Positions 51,659 through 60,558 of a DNA stretch of 64,000 bases are shown here, one piece after another. Under the pieces are notes generated by a model that worked only from the letters and a program-made list of their open reading frames with translations, was not told the DNA's origin and did no database searches. The stretch is taken from positions 32,001-96,000 of the forward strand of contig JAULAX010000002.1 of assembly GCA_032654565.1 (NCBI GenBank), in the 5' to 3' direction. How positions within the stretch are numbered: position 1 is the first letter of the stretch; each line of letters starts with the position of its first letter. This DNA is from Anaeromyxobacteraceae bacterium (GTDB lineage: Bacteria; Myxococcota; Myxococcia; Myxococcales; Anaeromyxobacteraceae). A program made the translations under genes and the position numbers.

Positions 51659-52990
51659 ATGGTCACCCCTGCACGTCTCGCCGCCTCCGCCCTCCTCCTC
51701 GCCACGTCGCTGGTGGCCCGGGCGGACGTGATCGAGGCTTCCTCCACCACGCTGTCCTTCACGGGCCAGCAGCTGCGAGGAACCGCCGCCGGGCTGCAGC
51801 CCGACCTGGTCACCGTCTCCCCGGTCTTCGAGCTGATCCGGGTCTCGGCCCGCGAGGTGAGGAACCCGCTCTTCCAGGACCTGGAGATCAGCTTCTCCGG
51901 CTGGGGCGCCGGCGACCTCGCCGAGGTCCGCTGGGACGCCGGCACCACCGGGAAGCTGACCGGCGACGTCACCACCGCCTACGTGCGCGGCGCGCTGGCC
52001 AGCGGCAAGGTGCAGCTGCGCGCCGGCCGCGAGTTCGTGGCCGCCGGCGCCGGCCGCATGCTCCAGCTCGACGGCGGCGACGTCATCGTCCGGCTGCCCG
52101 CCGGGTTCTCCCTCTCGGCCTTCGGCGGGGCGCCGGTCGCCCAGCGCTTCGCCTCCCGCAGCGGGCTGACCAGCTGGAACCCGGCCGGAGGCGACCTGGC
52201 CTGGGGCGGGCGCTTCGGCTGGACGCTGGCCATCGCCGGGGCCTCGGGGCGGGTCTTCGACGTCGGCCTCTCGGTGGTCTCGGTCACCGACCACTCCGAC
52301 CCGGTCCGCCAGTACCTCGGCCTCGACTTCCGGCTCCAGCCCATCGAGCGGCTGGTGCTGGTCGGCAGCGCCGGCTACAGCCTCTACGCGCAGCGGCTGG
52401 CCGAGTTCAACGTCACCGCGCTGTTCACCGCCACCAAGGTGCTGGAGCTCAACCTCGACGTCCGGCACTACTCCCCCGACCTCTTCCTGGCGCGCAACTC
52501 CATCCTCTCGGTCTTCACCGACACCAACCGGACCGACGTGGGCGGCGGCGTCCGCCTCCACCTCCTCAAGACCCTGCTGCTCAGCGCCGACTACCACGTG
52601 CTGGTCGAGCCGGGCCTCGGGTCGGGGACCGAGACCGGCGGCGAGGCGGCCGGGCGCGTCGAGTGGGGGAGGGAGGGGACGGTGGCCGGCGGCGAGGTCA
52701 CCTACCTGAAGACCGGGGCCAGCGGCTACGTCGGCCTGCGCGCCTACGGGCGCAAGGCGCTCGGCAAGTTCTTCGTGGCCGGCGACCTGATGGAGGTGAG
52801 CTTCCGGCAGGCCGTCAACGGTGAGAAGAACTCGCTGACCGGGTCGCTCTCCTCCGGGTACCAGTTCAACAAGGCCTGGAGCCTGGTGGTGTCCGGCCGC
52901 GCCGGCGTCACCCCGTACTTCGAGCAGCAGGCCGACGCCATGGTCAAGCTGGTCTACAACACCGTGGTCCGCGTGCGGGAGGTGAAGTGA
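51659..52990 (+). CDS. Secreted outer-membrane beta-barrel (porin-like) protein
   Basis: Signal peptide ending ARA-D; alternating beta-strand pattern throughout (QLDGG, YLGLDF, LSSGYQF); TGATG coupling to the cytochrome gene. Confidence 0.75.
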   Translation: MVTPARLAASALLLATSLVARADVIEASSTTLSFTGQQLRGTAAGLQPDLVTVSPVFELIRVSAREVRNPLFQDLEISFSGWGAGDLAEVRWDAGTTGKLTGDVTTAYVRGALASGKVQLRAGREFVAAGAGRMLQLDGGDVIVRLPAGFSLSAFGGAPVAQRFASRSGLTSWNPAGGDLAWGGRFGWTLAIAGASGRVFDVGLSVVSVTDHSDPVRQYLGLDFRLQPIERLVLVGSAGYSLYAQRLAEFNVTALFTATKVLELNLDVRHYSPDLFLARNSILSVFTDTNRTDVGGGVRLHLLKTLLLSADYHVLVEPGLGSGTETGGEAAGRVEWGREGTVAGGEVTYLKTGASGYVGLRAYGRKALGKFFVAGDLMEVSFRQAVNGEKNSLTGSLSSGYQFNKAWSLVVSGRAGVTPYFEQQADAMVKLVYNTVVRVREVK

Positions 52991-54042
52991 TGAACCGCCA
53001 CCTGGGACTGGTGGTCGCGGCGGCGCTGCTGGCCGCCTGCTCCGCCAAGGACACCACGCCGGAGACGCGGCGCGACCCGCCCTTCGTCATGCCCCACAGC
53101 CCCCACGTCGAGGGGGACGTCGACTGCATGGAGTGCCACGCCTCGATCGCCAAGTCCAAGACGGTCGAGCCCCGGGTCCGCCACGTCCAGCTGCCCAGGA
53201 AGAGCGAGTCCTGCTCGGGCTGCCACGACGCCATGCCCAAGCTGCAGATCCCGCCCCGCACCCGCGACGGCGCCCTCAACTTCAACCACGCCGCCCACCT
53301 GGCCCGGCTCAAGGGCGAGAAGAACGCCTGCGTCCGCTGCCACGTGGCGCTGCCCGAGGCCAAGGACGTCTCCTACCCGGCCCCCTCGATGAACACCTGC
53401 ACCGGCTGCCACAACCACCAGGTGGAGTTCGTGGCCGCCAAGTGCCTGGGGTGCCACCAGGACCTGAAGCGGTACGAGAAGCCGGTGGAGTCCTTCAAGC
53501 ACGCCGGCGAGTTCCTCAAGCTGCACGGCGGGCTGGCCCGCGGCGGCGCCGAGAGCTGCGCCGCCTGCCACGAGCAGACCTTCTGCGCCGACTGCCACAG
53601 CCCCGCCACGGTGCCGGGCCGGCCGGCGCTGGTCTTTCCCGAGGACGTGAAGCGCGACTTCATCCACCGCGGCGACTACCAGGCGCGCCACATGGTGGAC
53701 GCCGAGGCCAACCCGGCCTCCTGCCGCAAGTGCCACGGCAGCAACTTCTGCGCCACCTGCCACGAGCAGCAGAACCTCATCCCCAACGCGGGATCGGCCA
53801 CCACCCGGATCACCCACCCCATCGGCTGGGGCACCGACAAGGGGAGCGGCCACTTCCACGGCGACGCCGCCCGCCGGAACATCGTCGCCTGCGCCGGCTG
53901 CCACGACCAGGGGGGCGCCTCCTCGGTCTGCGTGGCCTGCCACCGGTCCGGCGGCTTCGCCGGGGTCAGCCCGCACCCGAAGAGCTGGAAGAAGACCGAC
54001 GCCGACAAGTCGAAGAACGCCATGTGCGCGGCCTGCCACTGA
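52990..54042 (+). CDS. Dodecaheme c-type cytochrome lipoprotein
   Basis: Lipobox LLAAC; 12 CxxCH motifs: CMECH, CSGCH, CVRCH, CTGCH, CLGCH, CAACH, CADCH, CRKCH, CATCH, CAGCH, CVACH, CAACH. Confidence 0.95.
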   Translation: MNRHLGLVVAAALLAACSAKDTTPETRRDPPFVMPHSPHVEGDVDCMECHASIAKSKTVEPRVRHVQLPRKSESCSGCHDAMPKLQIPPRTRDGALNFNHAAHLARLKGEKNACVRCHVALPEAKDVSYPAPSMNTCTGCHNHQVEFVAAKCLGCHQDLKRYEKPVESFKHAGEFLKLHGGLARGGAESCAACHEQTFCADCHSPATVPGRPALVFPEDVKRDFIHRGDYQARHMVDAEANPASCRKCHGSNFCATCHEQQNLIPNAGSATTRITHPIGWGTDKGSGHFHGDAARRNIVACAGCHDQGGASSVCVACHRSGGFAGVSPHPKSWKKTDADKSKNAMCAACH

Positions 54043-54043
54043 T

Positions 54044-54162
54044 CTAGTGCCCCGCCCCAGGCAAGATGCCTACTGCGAGAGCCGATCCTCTCGCTGCGGC
54101 AGGCGGCCTCGCTTCGGTCTCGGCTCTCTCGTCGCGTCATCTTGCCTGGGGCGGGGCACTAG
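54044..54162. mobile_element. MITE-like element, 119 bp, 25-bp perfect terminal inverted repeats beginning and ending in CTAG
   Basis: CTAGTGCCCCGCCCCAGGCAAGATG (54044-54068) and its exact reverse complement (54138-54162); non-coding interior. Confidence 0.65.
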
Positions 54163-54270
54163 CGGGAGCTCCCTCCTCGGAGCCCACGGGGGCCCGACCA
54201 CCGCGAGGTGGCCGGGCCTCTTTCCTTTCCAGGCCCGTGGGCGCCGGCGGTCCATTCCCGACGGTGTTCA

Positions 54271-54317
54271 TTTCATGATGAAACTCTATGCCGAAAGCTC
54301 GCGTTCCATCATGGAAC
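54271..54317. promoter_or_regulatory. Twin palindromic operators upstream of the HxlR-family regulator
   Basis: TTTCATGATGAAA (54271-54283) and GTTCCATCATGGAAC (54303-54317); centres 33 bp apart. Confidence 0.65.
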
Positions 54318-54333
54318 CCAGTAGCCTCCCGGC

Positions 54334-54891
54334 GTGAAGAAGACCCGCTTCGACCGCTGGCCCTGCCCGGTGGCCCGGGCCGTCGACCTGGTCGGCGACG
54401 CCTGGACGCTGCTCATCCTGCGCGAGGCCTTCTACGGCCTGCGACGCTTCGACCAGCTGGAGGCGGCGCTGGGGATCGGCCGGAACATCCTGGCCCGCCG
54501 GCTCGACCGGATGGTGGCGGAGGGGCTGCTGGAGAAGGTCCGCTACCAGGAGCGGCCGGTGCGCCATGAGTACCAGCTGCTCCCCCGCGGCCGCGCCCTC
54601 TTCCCGGTGCTGATGGCGCTGCACCGCTGGGGGAACGACTGGGCGGCCGGGCCGGAGGGGCCGCCGGTGACGCTGGTCGACCGCCGGACCGGACAGCCGG
54701 TACGACCGGTGCTGGTGGACGAGGCCACCGGCCTGGCGGTGACGCCGGAGCGGGTCCGGGCCCGGCCGGGGCCGGGCTTCCCCAGGGCGCTGCTGGCCGA
54801 CCAGCCGGTGCGGCGGCGCTTCCGGCTCGACGGTGAGTCCACCGACCCGGCCGGCGCCGGGGGCGAGCTGCGCCCCCCGACCTCTCGCTAG
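54334..54891 (+). CDS. HxlR-family winged-helix transcriptional regulator
   Basis: [37 protein letters not shown]. Confidence 0.92.
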   Translation: MKKTRFDRWPCPVARAVDLVGDAWTLLILREAFYGLRRFDQLEAALGIGRNILARRLDRMVAEGLLEKVRYQERPVRHEYQLLPRGRALFPVLMALHRWGNDWAAGPEGPPVTLVDRRTGQPVRPVLVDEATGLAVTPERVRARPGPGFPRALLADQPVRRRFRLDGESTDPAGAGGELRPPTSR

Positions 54892-55820
54892 TCCCTGAGG
54901 AAGTGGCAGCTGTAGCCGCCGGGGTTCCGCTCCAGGTAGTCCTGATGCTCCGGCTCGGCCGGGTACCAGGTGGAGGCCGGGGCGATCTGCGTGACGATGG
55001 TCCCCTTCCACCGCCCCGAGCCCTGCACCCGCGCCTTGACCGCCTCGGCGGCCACCCGCTGCCGCTCGTCGGCGTAGAAGATGGCGCTCCGGTACTGCGT
55101 GCCGCGGTCGTTCCCCTGGCGGTCGGGCGTGGTCGGGTCGTGCATGCGGAAGAACCAACGCTCCAGCAGCTCCTCGAAGCCGAGGAGGCGGGGGTCGAAG
55201 ACCACCCGCACCGACTCGGCGTGGCCCGAGGCGCTGCCGTGGGTGTCGTGGTAGCGCGGGTTGGCGAGCCAGCCGCCGGTGTAGCCGGCCTCGGTCTCCA
55301 GCACGCCAGGGATCTTGCGCAGCAGGTCCTGCATGCCCCAGAAGCAGCCGCCCGCCAGCAGCGCCACCTCGCGCTCGGCGGGACCGAAGAGCGCGACGAA
55401 CGGGCCGTACCCCTCGGCCTCGAGCCGGTCCACCGGGATGAACCGCAGCGAGGCCGAGTTGATGCAGAAGCGCTGCCCGCCCCGGTCGCGGGGCCCGTCG
55501 TCGAAGAGGTGGCCGAGGTGCGAGTCGCCGGCCCTGGAGCGGACCTCGGTCCGGATCATCCCGTGGGCCTCGTCCCGCCTCGACACCACGTTGGCCGCCA
55601 CCGGCCGGGTGAAGCTGGGCCAGCCGGTGCCGGAGTCGAACTTGTCGGTGGAGGCGAAGAGCGGCTCGCCGGAGACCACGTCGACGTAGAGGCCGGGCTG
55701 GTGGTTGTTCCAGTAGGCGTTGCGGAAAGGCGGCTCGGTGCCGCACTGCTGGGTGACCCGGTACTGCTCCTCGCTGAGCGCGGTACGCAGGTCGGCGTCG
55801 GTGGGCTTCTGGGAGGCCAT
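54888..55820 (-). CDS. msrAB: Bifunctional methionine sulfoxide reductase, MsrB-MsrA order
   Basis: MsrB GTEPPF, GTGWPSF, HLGH, RFCINS; Msr[31 protein letters not shown]. Confidence 0.93.
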   Translation of the reverse strand: MASQKPTDADLRTALSEEQYRVTQQCGTEPPFRNAYWNNHQPGLYVDVVSGEPLFASTDKFDSGTGWPSFTRPVAANVVSRRDEAHGMIRTEVRSRAGDSHLGHLFDDGPRDRGGQRFCINSASLRFIPVDRLEAEGYGPFVALFGPAEREVALLAGGCFWGMQDLLRKIPGVLETEAGYTGGWLANPRYHDTHGSASGHAESVRVVFDPRLLGFEELLERWFFRMHDPTTPDRQGNDRGTQYRSAIFYADERQRVAAEAVKARVQGSGRWKGTIVTQIAPASTWYPAEPEHQDYLERNPGGYSCHFLRD

Positions 55821-55829
55821 GGCGCCGAT

Positions 55830-57260
55830 CTAACCGGCGCCACCCAGCCCCGCCAGCAGCAGGTCCCAGATCCCCCCGAAGGCCCCGTTGGACATGGCCA
55901 CCACCACGTCGCCGGGGCGGGCCGCCGCCGTCACCGCCGCCGCCAGCGCCTCGACGCCGGCGAAGGCCGCGGCCGGCGTGCCCCCGGCGGTGAGCGCGGC
56001 GCAGACGGCGTCGACGTCGAGCCGCTCCGCCTCCGGGACCTTGTCGGTGGGGGTGGGGCGGAGCAGGAAGACCCCGGCGGCGCCGCTCCAGCTGGCCGGG
56101 TCGGCGTAGTCGGCCTGGTGCAGGTTGCGCCGGCTGGTGTTGGAGCGCGGCTCGAAGCAGGCCAGCAGCCGCGCCCCCGGGAAGCTCCCGGCCACCGCCG
56201 CCAGCGTCTTCCTGACCGCGCGCGGGTGGTGGGCGAAGTCGTCGACCACGGTGACGCCGCCGGCCCGGCCGCGCACCTCCTGGCGCCGCTTCACGCCGCC
56301 GAAGGCGTTGAGCCCGGCCGCGATCTCGGCCGGCGAGAGCCCCAGCGCCGTGGCCGCCGCCGCCACCCCGAGGGCGTTCTCGACGTTGTGCGCCCCGCCC
56401 ACCGGGAGGTGGACGTCGGACAGCGCCACCCCCCGGCGCACCAGCGTGAAGCGGGCGCCGTCGGCGGCCAGCGACAGGCCGCGCGCCTCCCAGTCGGCGC
56501 CGGGCGCGTCGACGGCGTAGGTCTCGACGCGGCAGCGGGCCAGCGCGGCGATCCGCTTCACGCTCGGGTAGCTGGCGCAGGCGGCCAGGAAGCCGTCGGC
56601 GGGCAGCAGGGCGGCGAAGCGCTCGAAGGCCGCCTGGTAGTGGGCCTCGTCCCGGTAGATGTCGGCGTGGTCCAGCTCGCAGCTGGTGAAGATGGCGGTG
56701 CGCGGGTGGTAGTGGAGGAACTTGGGCCCCTTGTCGAAGTAGGCGGTGTCGTACTCGTCCCCCTCGACCACGAAGTGCGGGCCGGCGCCGAGCCGGAAGT
56801 TGGACTCGAAGTCGCGGGTGACGCCGCCCACCAGGAAGGAGGGATCGCGGCCGGCGTGGTGGAGCAGCCGGCCCATCATGGCGCTGGTGGTGGTCTTGCC
56901 GTGGGTGCCCACCACCACCACCCCGTGGCGCGGGGCGATGAAGCGCTCCCCCAGCGCCGCCGGGAAGGAGCGGTGCGGCAGCCCGCGGGCCCGCATCGCC
57001 GCCGCCTCGGGGTTGGCCTCGCGGATGACGTTGCCGACGATGACCAGGTCGGGGCGGGCCCGGTCGAGGTTCTCCGGTCGGTAGCCGCGCATGGCCTCGA
57101 TGCCCCAGCGCGCCAGCTGCGTCGACATGGGTGGGTAGAGCTCCTCGTCGGAGCCGGTCACCTGGTGGCCGGCGGCCTGCAGCATCCCGGCGAAGGAGCC
57201 CATGCCGGTGCCGCCCACGCCGATGAGGTGGACCCGCTTCACCCTGGACCAGTCGATCAC
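55830..57260 (-). CDS. mpl: Murein peptide ligase (Mpl/MurC-like)
   Basis: IGVGGTGMG, GTHGKTTTS, EGDEYDTAYFDK, DHADIY, DDFAHHP, FEPRSNT, MSNG. Confidence 0.9.
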   Translation of the reverse strand: MIDWSRVKRVHLIGVGGTGMGSFAGMLQAAGHQVTGSDEELYPPMSTQLARWGIEAMRGYRPENLDRARPDLVIVGNVIREANPEAAAMRARGLPHRSFPAALGERFIAPRHGVVVVGTHGKTTTSAMMGRLLHHAGRDPSFLVGGVTRDFESNFRLGAGPHFVVEGDEYDTAYFDKGPKFLHYHPRTAIFTSCELDHADIYRDEAHYQAAFERFAALLPADGFLAACASYPSVKRIAALARCRVETYAVDAPGADWEARGLSLAADGARFTLVRRGVALSDVHLPVGGAHNVENALGVAAAATALGLSPAEIAAGLNAFGGVKRRQEVRGRAGGVTVVDDFAHHPRAVRKTLAAVAGSFPGARLLACFEPRSNTSRRNLHQADYADPASWSGAAGVFLLRPTPTDKVPEAERLDVDAVCAALTAGGTPAAAFAGVEALAAAVTAAARPGDVVVAMSNGAFGGIWDLLLAGLGGAG

Positions 57261-57329
57261 GCCCGCTCCTCCGCGGGCCGGAGCTCCCCGGCCGCGCCGT
57301 GCAACCGGAACCTTCTACCACCGCAGGCC

Positions 57330-57450
57330 GGGTTCGTTCCTGCGTCGCGCCTGGTTCGCGCCGACCTGGGTCGCGCCTGGCCGCCGCCGGCCGGGTTCGT
57401 TCCGGGTTCGTTCCGGGGTCGCGCCTGGTTCGCGCCTGGCCGCCGCCGGC
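57330..57450. repeat. Degenerate 11-bp tandem repeats
   Basis: gggttcgttcc / tggttcgcgcc / gggtcgcgcct units. Confidence 0.6.
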
Positions 57451-57456
57451 CGGCCC

Positions 57457-57552
57457 GCTCGCCGCGCCTGCGGCGCGCCTTCTCGCCAGCGGAGATTCCG
57501 CTCGGGCGAGCGGCCAGGGGCTGCGAAACTCGGGGCCGGGCCGGCGGCGACC
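57457..57552 (-). repeat. Diverged inverted partial copy of the 169-bp repeat unit
   Basis: gctcgccgcgcctgcggcgcgcc...tccgctcgggcgagcg...ggggctgcg aligns to the reverse complement of the unit. Confidence 0.7.
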
Positions 57553-57641
57553 CGGCGCTCCCGCGGCGCTCGACGCGGCGCTCGACGCGGCGCTTGCGTT
57601 CAGCGCGGCGCTTCGCGGATACACTTGGGGTGATTGACGCC

Positions 57642-58468
57642 TGCGGCTCCAAGCGGAGGGGCGCGGTCGCCCCGGCGGGCGAGTCGCGCAGCCCCATCCA
57701 CGCTCGCCCGAGCGGACCGGCCCCTGGCGAGCGGGCGCGCCGAAGGCGGGGCGAGCCCGCGGGGAGGCCGCGTCCCGCAGCGACCGGAGCCGCTCCGGGT
57801 GATGGAACCGTGCGGCTCCAAGCGGAGGGGCGCGGTCGCCCCGGCGGGCGAGTCGCGCAGCCCCATCCACGCTCGCCCGGGCGGACCGGCCCCTGGCGAG
57901 CGGGCGCGCCGAAGGCGGGGCGAGCCCGCGGGGAGGCCGCGTCCCGCAGCGACCGGAGCCGCTCCGGGTGATGGATGCATGCGGCTCGGAGCTGGGGCGC
58001 GGTCGCCCCGGCGGGCGAGTCGCGCAGCCCCATCCACGCTCGCCCGAGCGGACCGGCCCCTGGCGAGCGGGCGCGCCGCAGGCGGGGCGAGCCCGCGGGG
58101 AGGCCGCGTCCCGCAGCGACCGGCGCCGCCCGGGGTGATGGAACCGTGCGGCTCCAAGCGGAGGGGCGCGGTCGCCCCGGCGGGCGAGTCGCGCAGCCCC
58201 ATCCACGCTCGCCCGGGCGGACCGGCCCCTGGCGAGCGGGCGCGCCGCAGGCGGGGCGAGCCCGCGGGGAGGCCGCGTCCCGAAGCGACCGGAGCCGCTC
58301 CGGGTGATGGAACCGTGCGGCTCCAAGCGGAGGGGCGCGGTCGCCCCGGCGGGCGAGTCGCGCAGCCCCATCCGCGCTCGCCCAGGCGGACCGGCCCCTG
58401 GCGAGCGGGCGCGCCGCAGGCGGGGCGAGCCCGCGGGGAGGCCGCGTCCCGCAGCGACCGGAGCCGCC
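57642..58468. repeat. Five near-identical tandem ~169-bp GC-rich structured repeats
   Basis: Units start at 57642, 57811, 57980, 58147 and 58316 (periods 169, 169, 167, 169); no unique spacers. Confidence 0.95.
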
Positions 58469-58513
58469 TGGGACGACGGACCCGTGCGTCCCGCAGCGAC
58501 GGGAGCCGTCCCA

Positions 58514-59638
58514 TCACCCCGCCAGTCCAAGGTCCTGCGCCACCGCGTCGTGGAAGGAGCGACGCAGGCCGTTGATCCGGGCCCGGTCGCTGCCGGCCGG
58601 GTGGACGTGGTTGGTGAGCAGCACCGCCACCACTCCGGCGTCGAGGTCGAGCCAGAGCGAGCAGCCGGTGAAGCCGAGGTGGCCGAGGGCGCCGCGCCGC
58701 CCCCGCCCCAGCCACTGGCCCAGCGTCGAGGCCTCGGGGCCGCGGGTGTCCCAGCCGAGGGCGCGGCTGGAGCCGGGCGCGGCGTCGCGGGTGGCGAAGC
58801 GGCGGGCCGCCTCGGCCGGGACCGGCGAGGCGCGGCCGTCGAGGGCGTCGAGCCAGGCCTGGCCCACCGCGGCCACCTCGAGCGCGGTGGAGAAGAGGCC
58901 AGCGTGGCCGGCGGCGCCCCCCAGCGCCCAGGCGTTGTCGTCGTCCACCGTCCCCTGGCGCAGCCCGCGCGCCGCGTCGCGCCGGGTCGGGGCGAAGCAT
59001 CGCCCGGCGGCCCGCGCCAGCGAGGCGGGGTCGAGCGCGTCGACGAAGCCGGTGTCGCGCAGCCGGAGCGGCGCCGCCACCCTGGCCTCGAAGAGGTCCG
59101 GCAGGGGAGCCCCCAGCGCCGCCTCCAGGGCCAGGCCGAGCGCCATGAAGCCGGGGTCGGAGTAGACGGTCCGGGTGGCGGGGGGGGCCTCGAGCGGCTC
59201 GGCGAGCAGCGCCTCGATCACCGCGGCCCGGCGTCGCCGGGGATCCTGCTCGGCGGCGACCCGCTCGTGGTACGAGCGCCACCAGGGCAGGCCGCTCGCG
59301 TGGGCCAGCAGCTGGCGAACCGTCACCTCCCCCTTGCCGGCGGCGGCGAAGCCGGGGAGCCAGCGGGCCACCGGGGCGTCGAGCTCGAGCGCCCCCTCGG
59401 CCACCGCCTGGGCGCAGAGGGTGGTGGTGCAGAGCACCTTGGTGAGCGAGGCCACGTCGAAGAGATCGTCGGGGACGAGCAGCCTCGGGCCCGGCGCCGG
59501 CAGCTCGCCGGTGCAGCCGTGGTGGACCAGCGCCCCGCCGCGCAGCACCGCGGCGGTGAGGGCCGGGGCCACGCCCTCGGCCCGGCCGGCCTCCAGCGCC
59601 GCCGCCACGGCCGGGAGGCTGGGCGGCCCCCCGGTCAC
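58514..59638 (-). CDS. Serine hydrolase, beta-lactamase/AmpC-like family
   Basis: FDVASLTK (SxxK), LLAHASGL, YSD, GHAGLFS, GHLGFTG. Confidence 0.9.
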   Translation of the reverse strand: MTGGPPSLPAVAAALEAGRAEGVAPALTAAVLRGGALVHHGCTGELPAPGPRLLVPDDLFDVASLTKVLCTTTLCAQAVAEGALELDAPVARWLPGFAAAGKGEVTVRQLLAHASGLPWWRSYHERVAAEQDPRRRRAAVIEALLAEPLEAPPATRTVYSDPGFMALGLALEAALGAPLPDLFEARVAAPLRLRDTGFVDALDPASLARAAGRCFAPTRRDAARGLRQGTVDDDNAWALGGAAGHAGLFSTALEVAAVGQAWLDALDGRASPVPAEAARRFATRDAAPGSSRALGWDTRGPEASTLGQWLGRGRRGALGHLGFTGCSLWLDLDAGVVAVLLTNHVHPAGSDRARINGLRRSFHDAVAQDLGLAG

Positions 59639-60558
59639 TCGGTGGCCCCCTCGTCGAAGAGCAGGCGTGGGGGACCCGGCTGGCCGGGCGCGGGGGCCAC
59701 CAGCGTGGCGCGCGGCCCGAGCGGCAGGGCCAGGTTGCGGTCCTCATGGCCAGCGGGCAACCCCTCGATGGCCGGGACCCCAAGCGCTGCCACCAGCCGG
59801 CGCACCGTGGCCGACGCCTCGCCGTCGCCGCCGTCGCAGCCGGTCAGCTGCCCGACCGCCACGCCGGCCAGGCCATCGAGCGCGCCGCCGAGCCGCAGCT
59901 GGGTCAGCGTGCGGTCGAGCTTGTAGGGGGGCTCGCCGATGTCCTCGATGAAGAGGATGGCGCCGCGCAGCGAGGGGAGCCAGGGCGTGCCGCAGAGGGC
60001 GGCCAGCAAGGTCAGCGAGCCGCCCAGCAACGGGCCGGTGGCGCGGCCGGGTCGGATGGTGGCGGTGCCGGCGAGGCCGGGGGCGTCGGCGCCGGCGCGC
60101 GGGCCGAAGAGCAGGCCGGCCAGCTGGTCGACGGCGTCGGCGGGCGCCCGGCCCAGCTGCGTCACCACCGGACCGTGGACCGTGGCCAGCCCGGCGGCGT
60201 TGAGCGCGGCGTGGAGCGCCGTGATGTCGGAGAAGCCGACCACCAGCCTGGGGCGGGCCAGGAGCGGCGCCGGATCGATCGAGGGCAGGAGCCGCATGGT
60301 CCCGTAGCCGCCGCGCGCGCAGAAGATGGCCCGGGCCTCCGGGTCGGCCACCGCCTCGTCCCACTCCGCCAGCCGCCGCCGGTCGTCGCCGGCCAGGTAG
60401 CCTTGACGCGCGGTGATGTCGTCGCGGAAGCGCGGCCGCAGCCCGAGCCGGTCGCGCAGGACGGCCAGCCCGGCCTCGAAGGCCGGGAGGTCGAAGCCGC
60501 TCCCCGGGGCGATGATCCGGACCACGTCACCGGCGCGGAGCGGAGGAGGGCGGCGCAT
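59635..60558 (-). CDS. ldcA: LD-carboxypeptidase (peptidase S66)
   Basis: ARGGYG, VGFSDIT (Ser), FIEDIGE (Glu), AGH (His). Confidence 0.9.
   Translation of the reverse strand: MRRPPPLRAGDVVRIIAPGSGFDLPAFEAGLAVLRDRLGLRPRFRDDITARQGYLAGDDRRRLAEWDEAVADPEARAIFCARGGYGTMRLLPSIDPAPLLARPRLVVGFSDITALHAALNAAGLATVHGPVVTQLGRAPADAVDQLAGLLFGPRAGADAPGLAGTATIRPGRATGPLLGGSLTLLAALCGTPWLPSLRGAILFIEDIGEPPYKLDRTLTQLRLGGALDGLAGVAVGQLTGCDGGDGEASATVRRLVAALGVPAIEGLPAGHEDRNLALPLGPRATLVAPAPGQPGPPRLLFDEGATE

Noticed and set aside
57642..58468. CRISPR or guide-RNA array
   Set aside because: Units are ~169 bp and near-identical throughout, with no unique spacers and no cas or other effector gene nearby
58514..59638. Acquired beta-lactam resistance gene
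   Set aside because: No signal peptide or mobile context; operonic with ldcA, consistent with cell-wall recycling
54286..59783. Long ORFs crossing the repeat block (54286-58530, 54903-57971, 57600-59783, 57634-58575)
   Set aside because: Arg/Pro/Gly-rich shadow frames; the repeat period is not a multiple of 3 and they overlap well-supported genes
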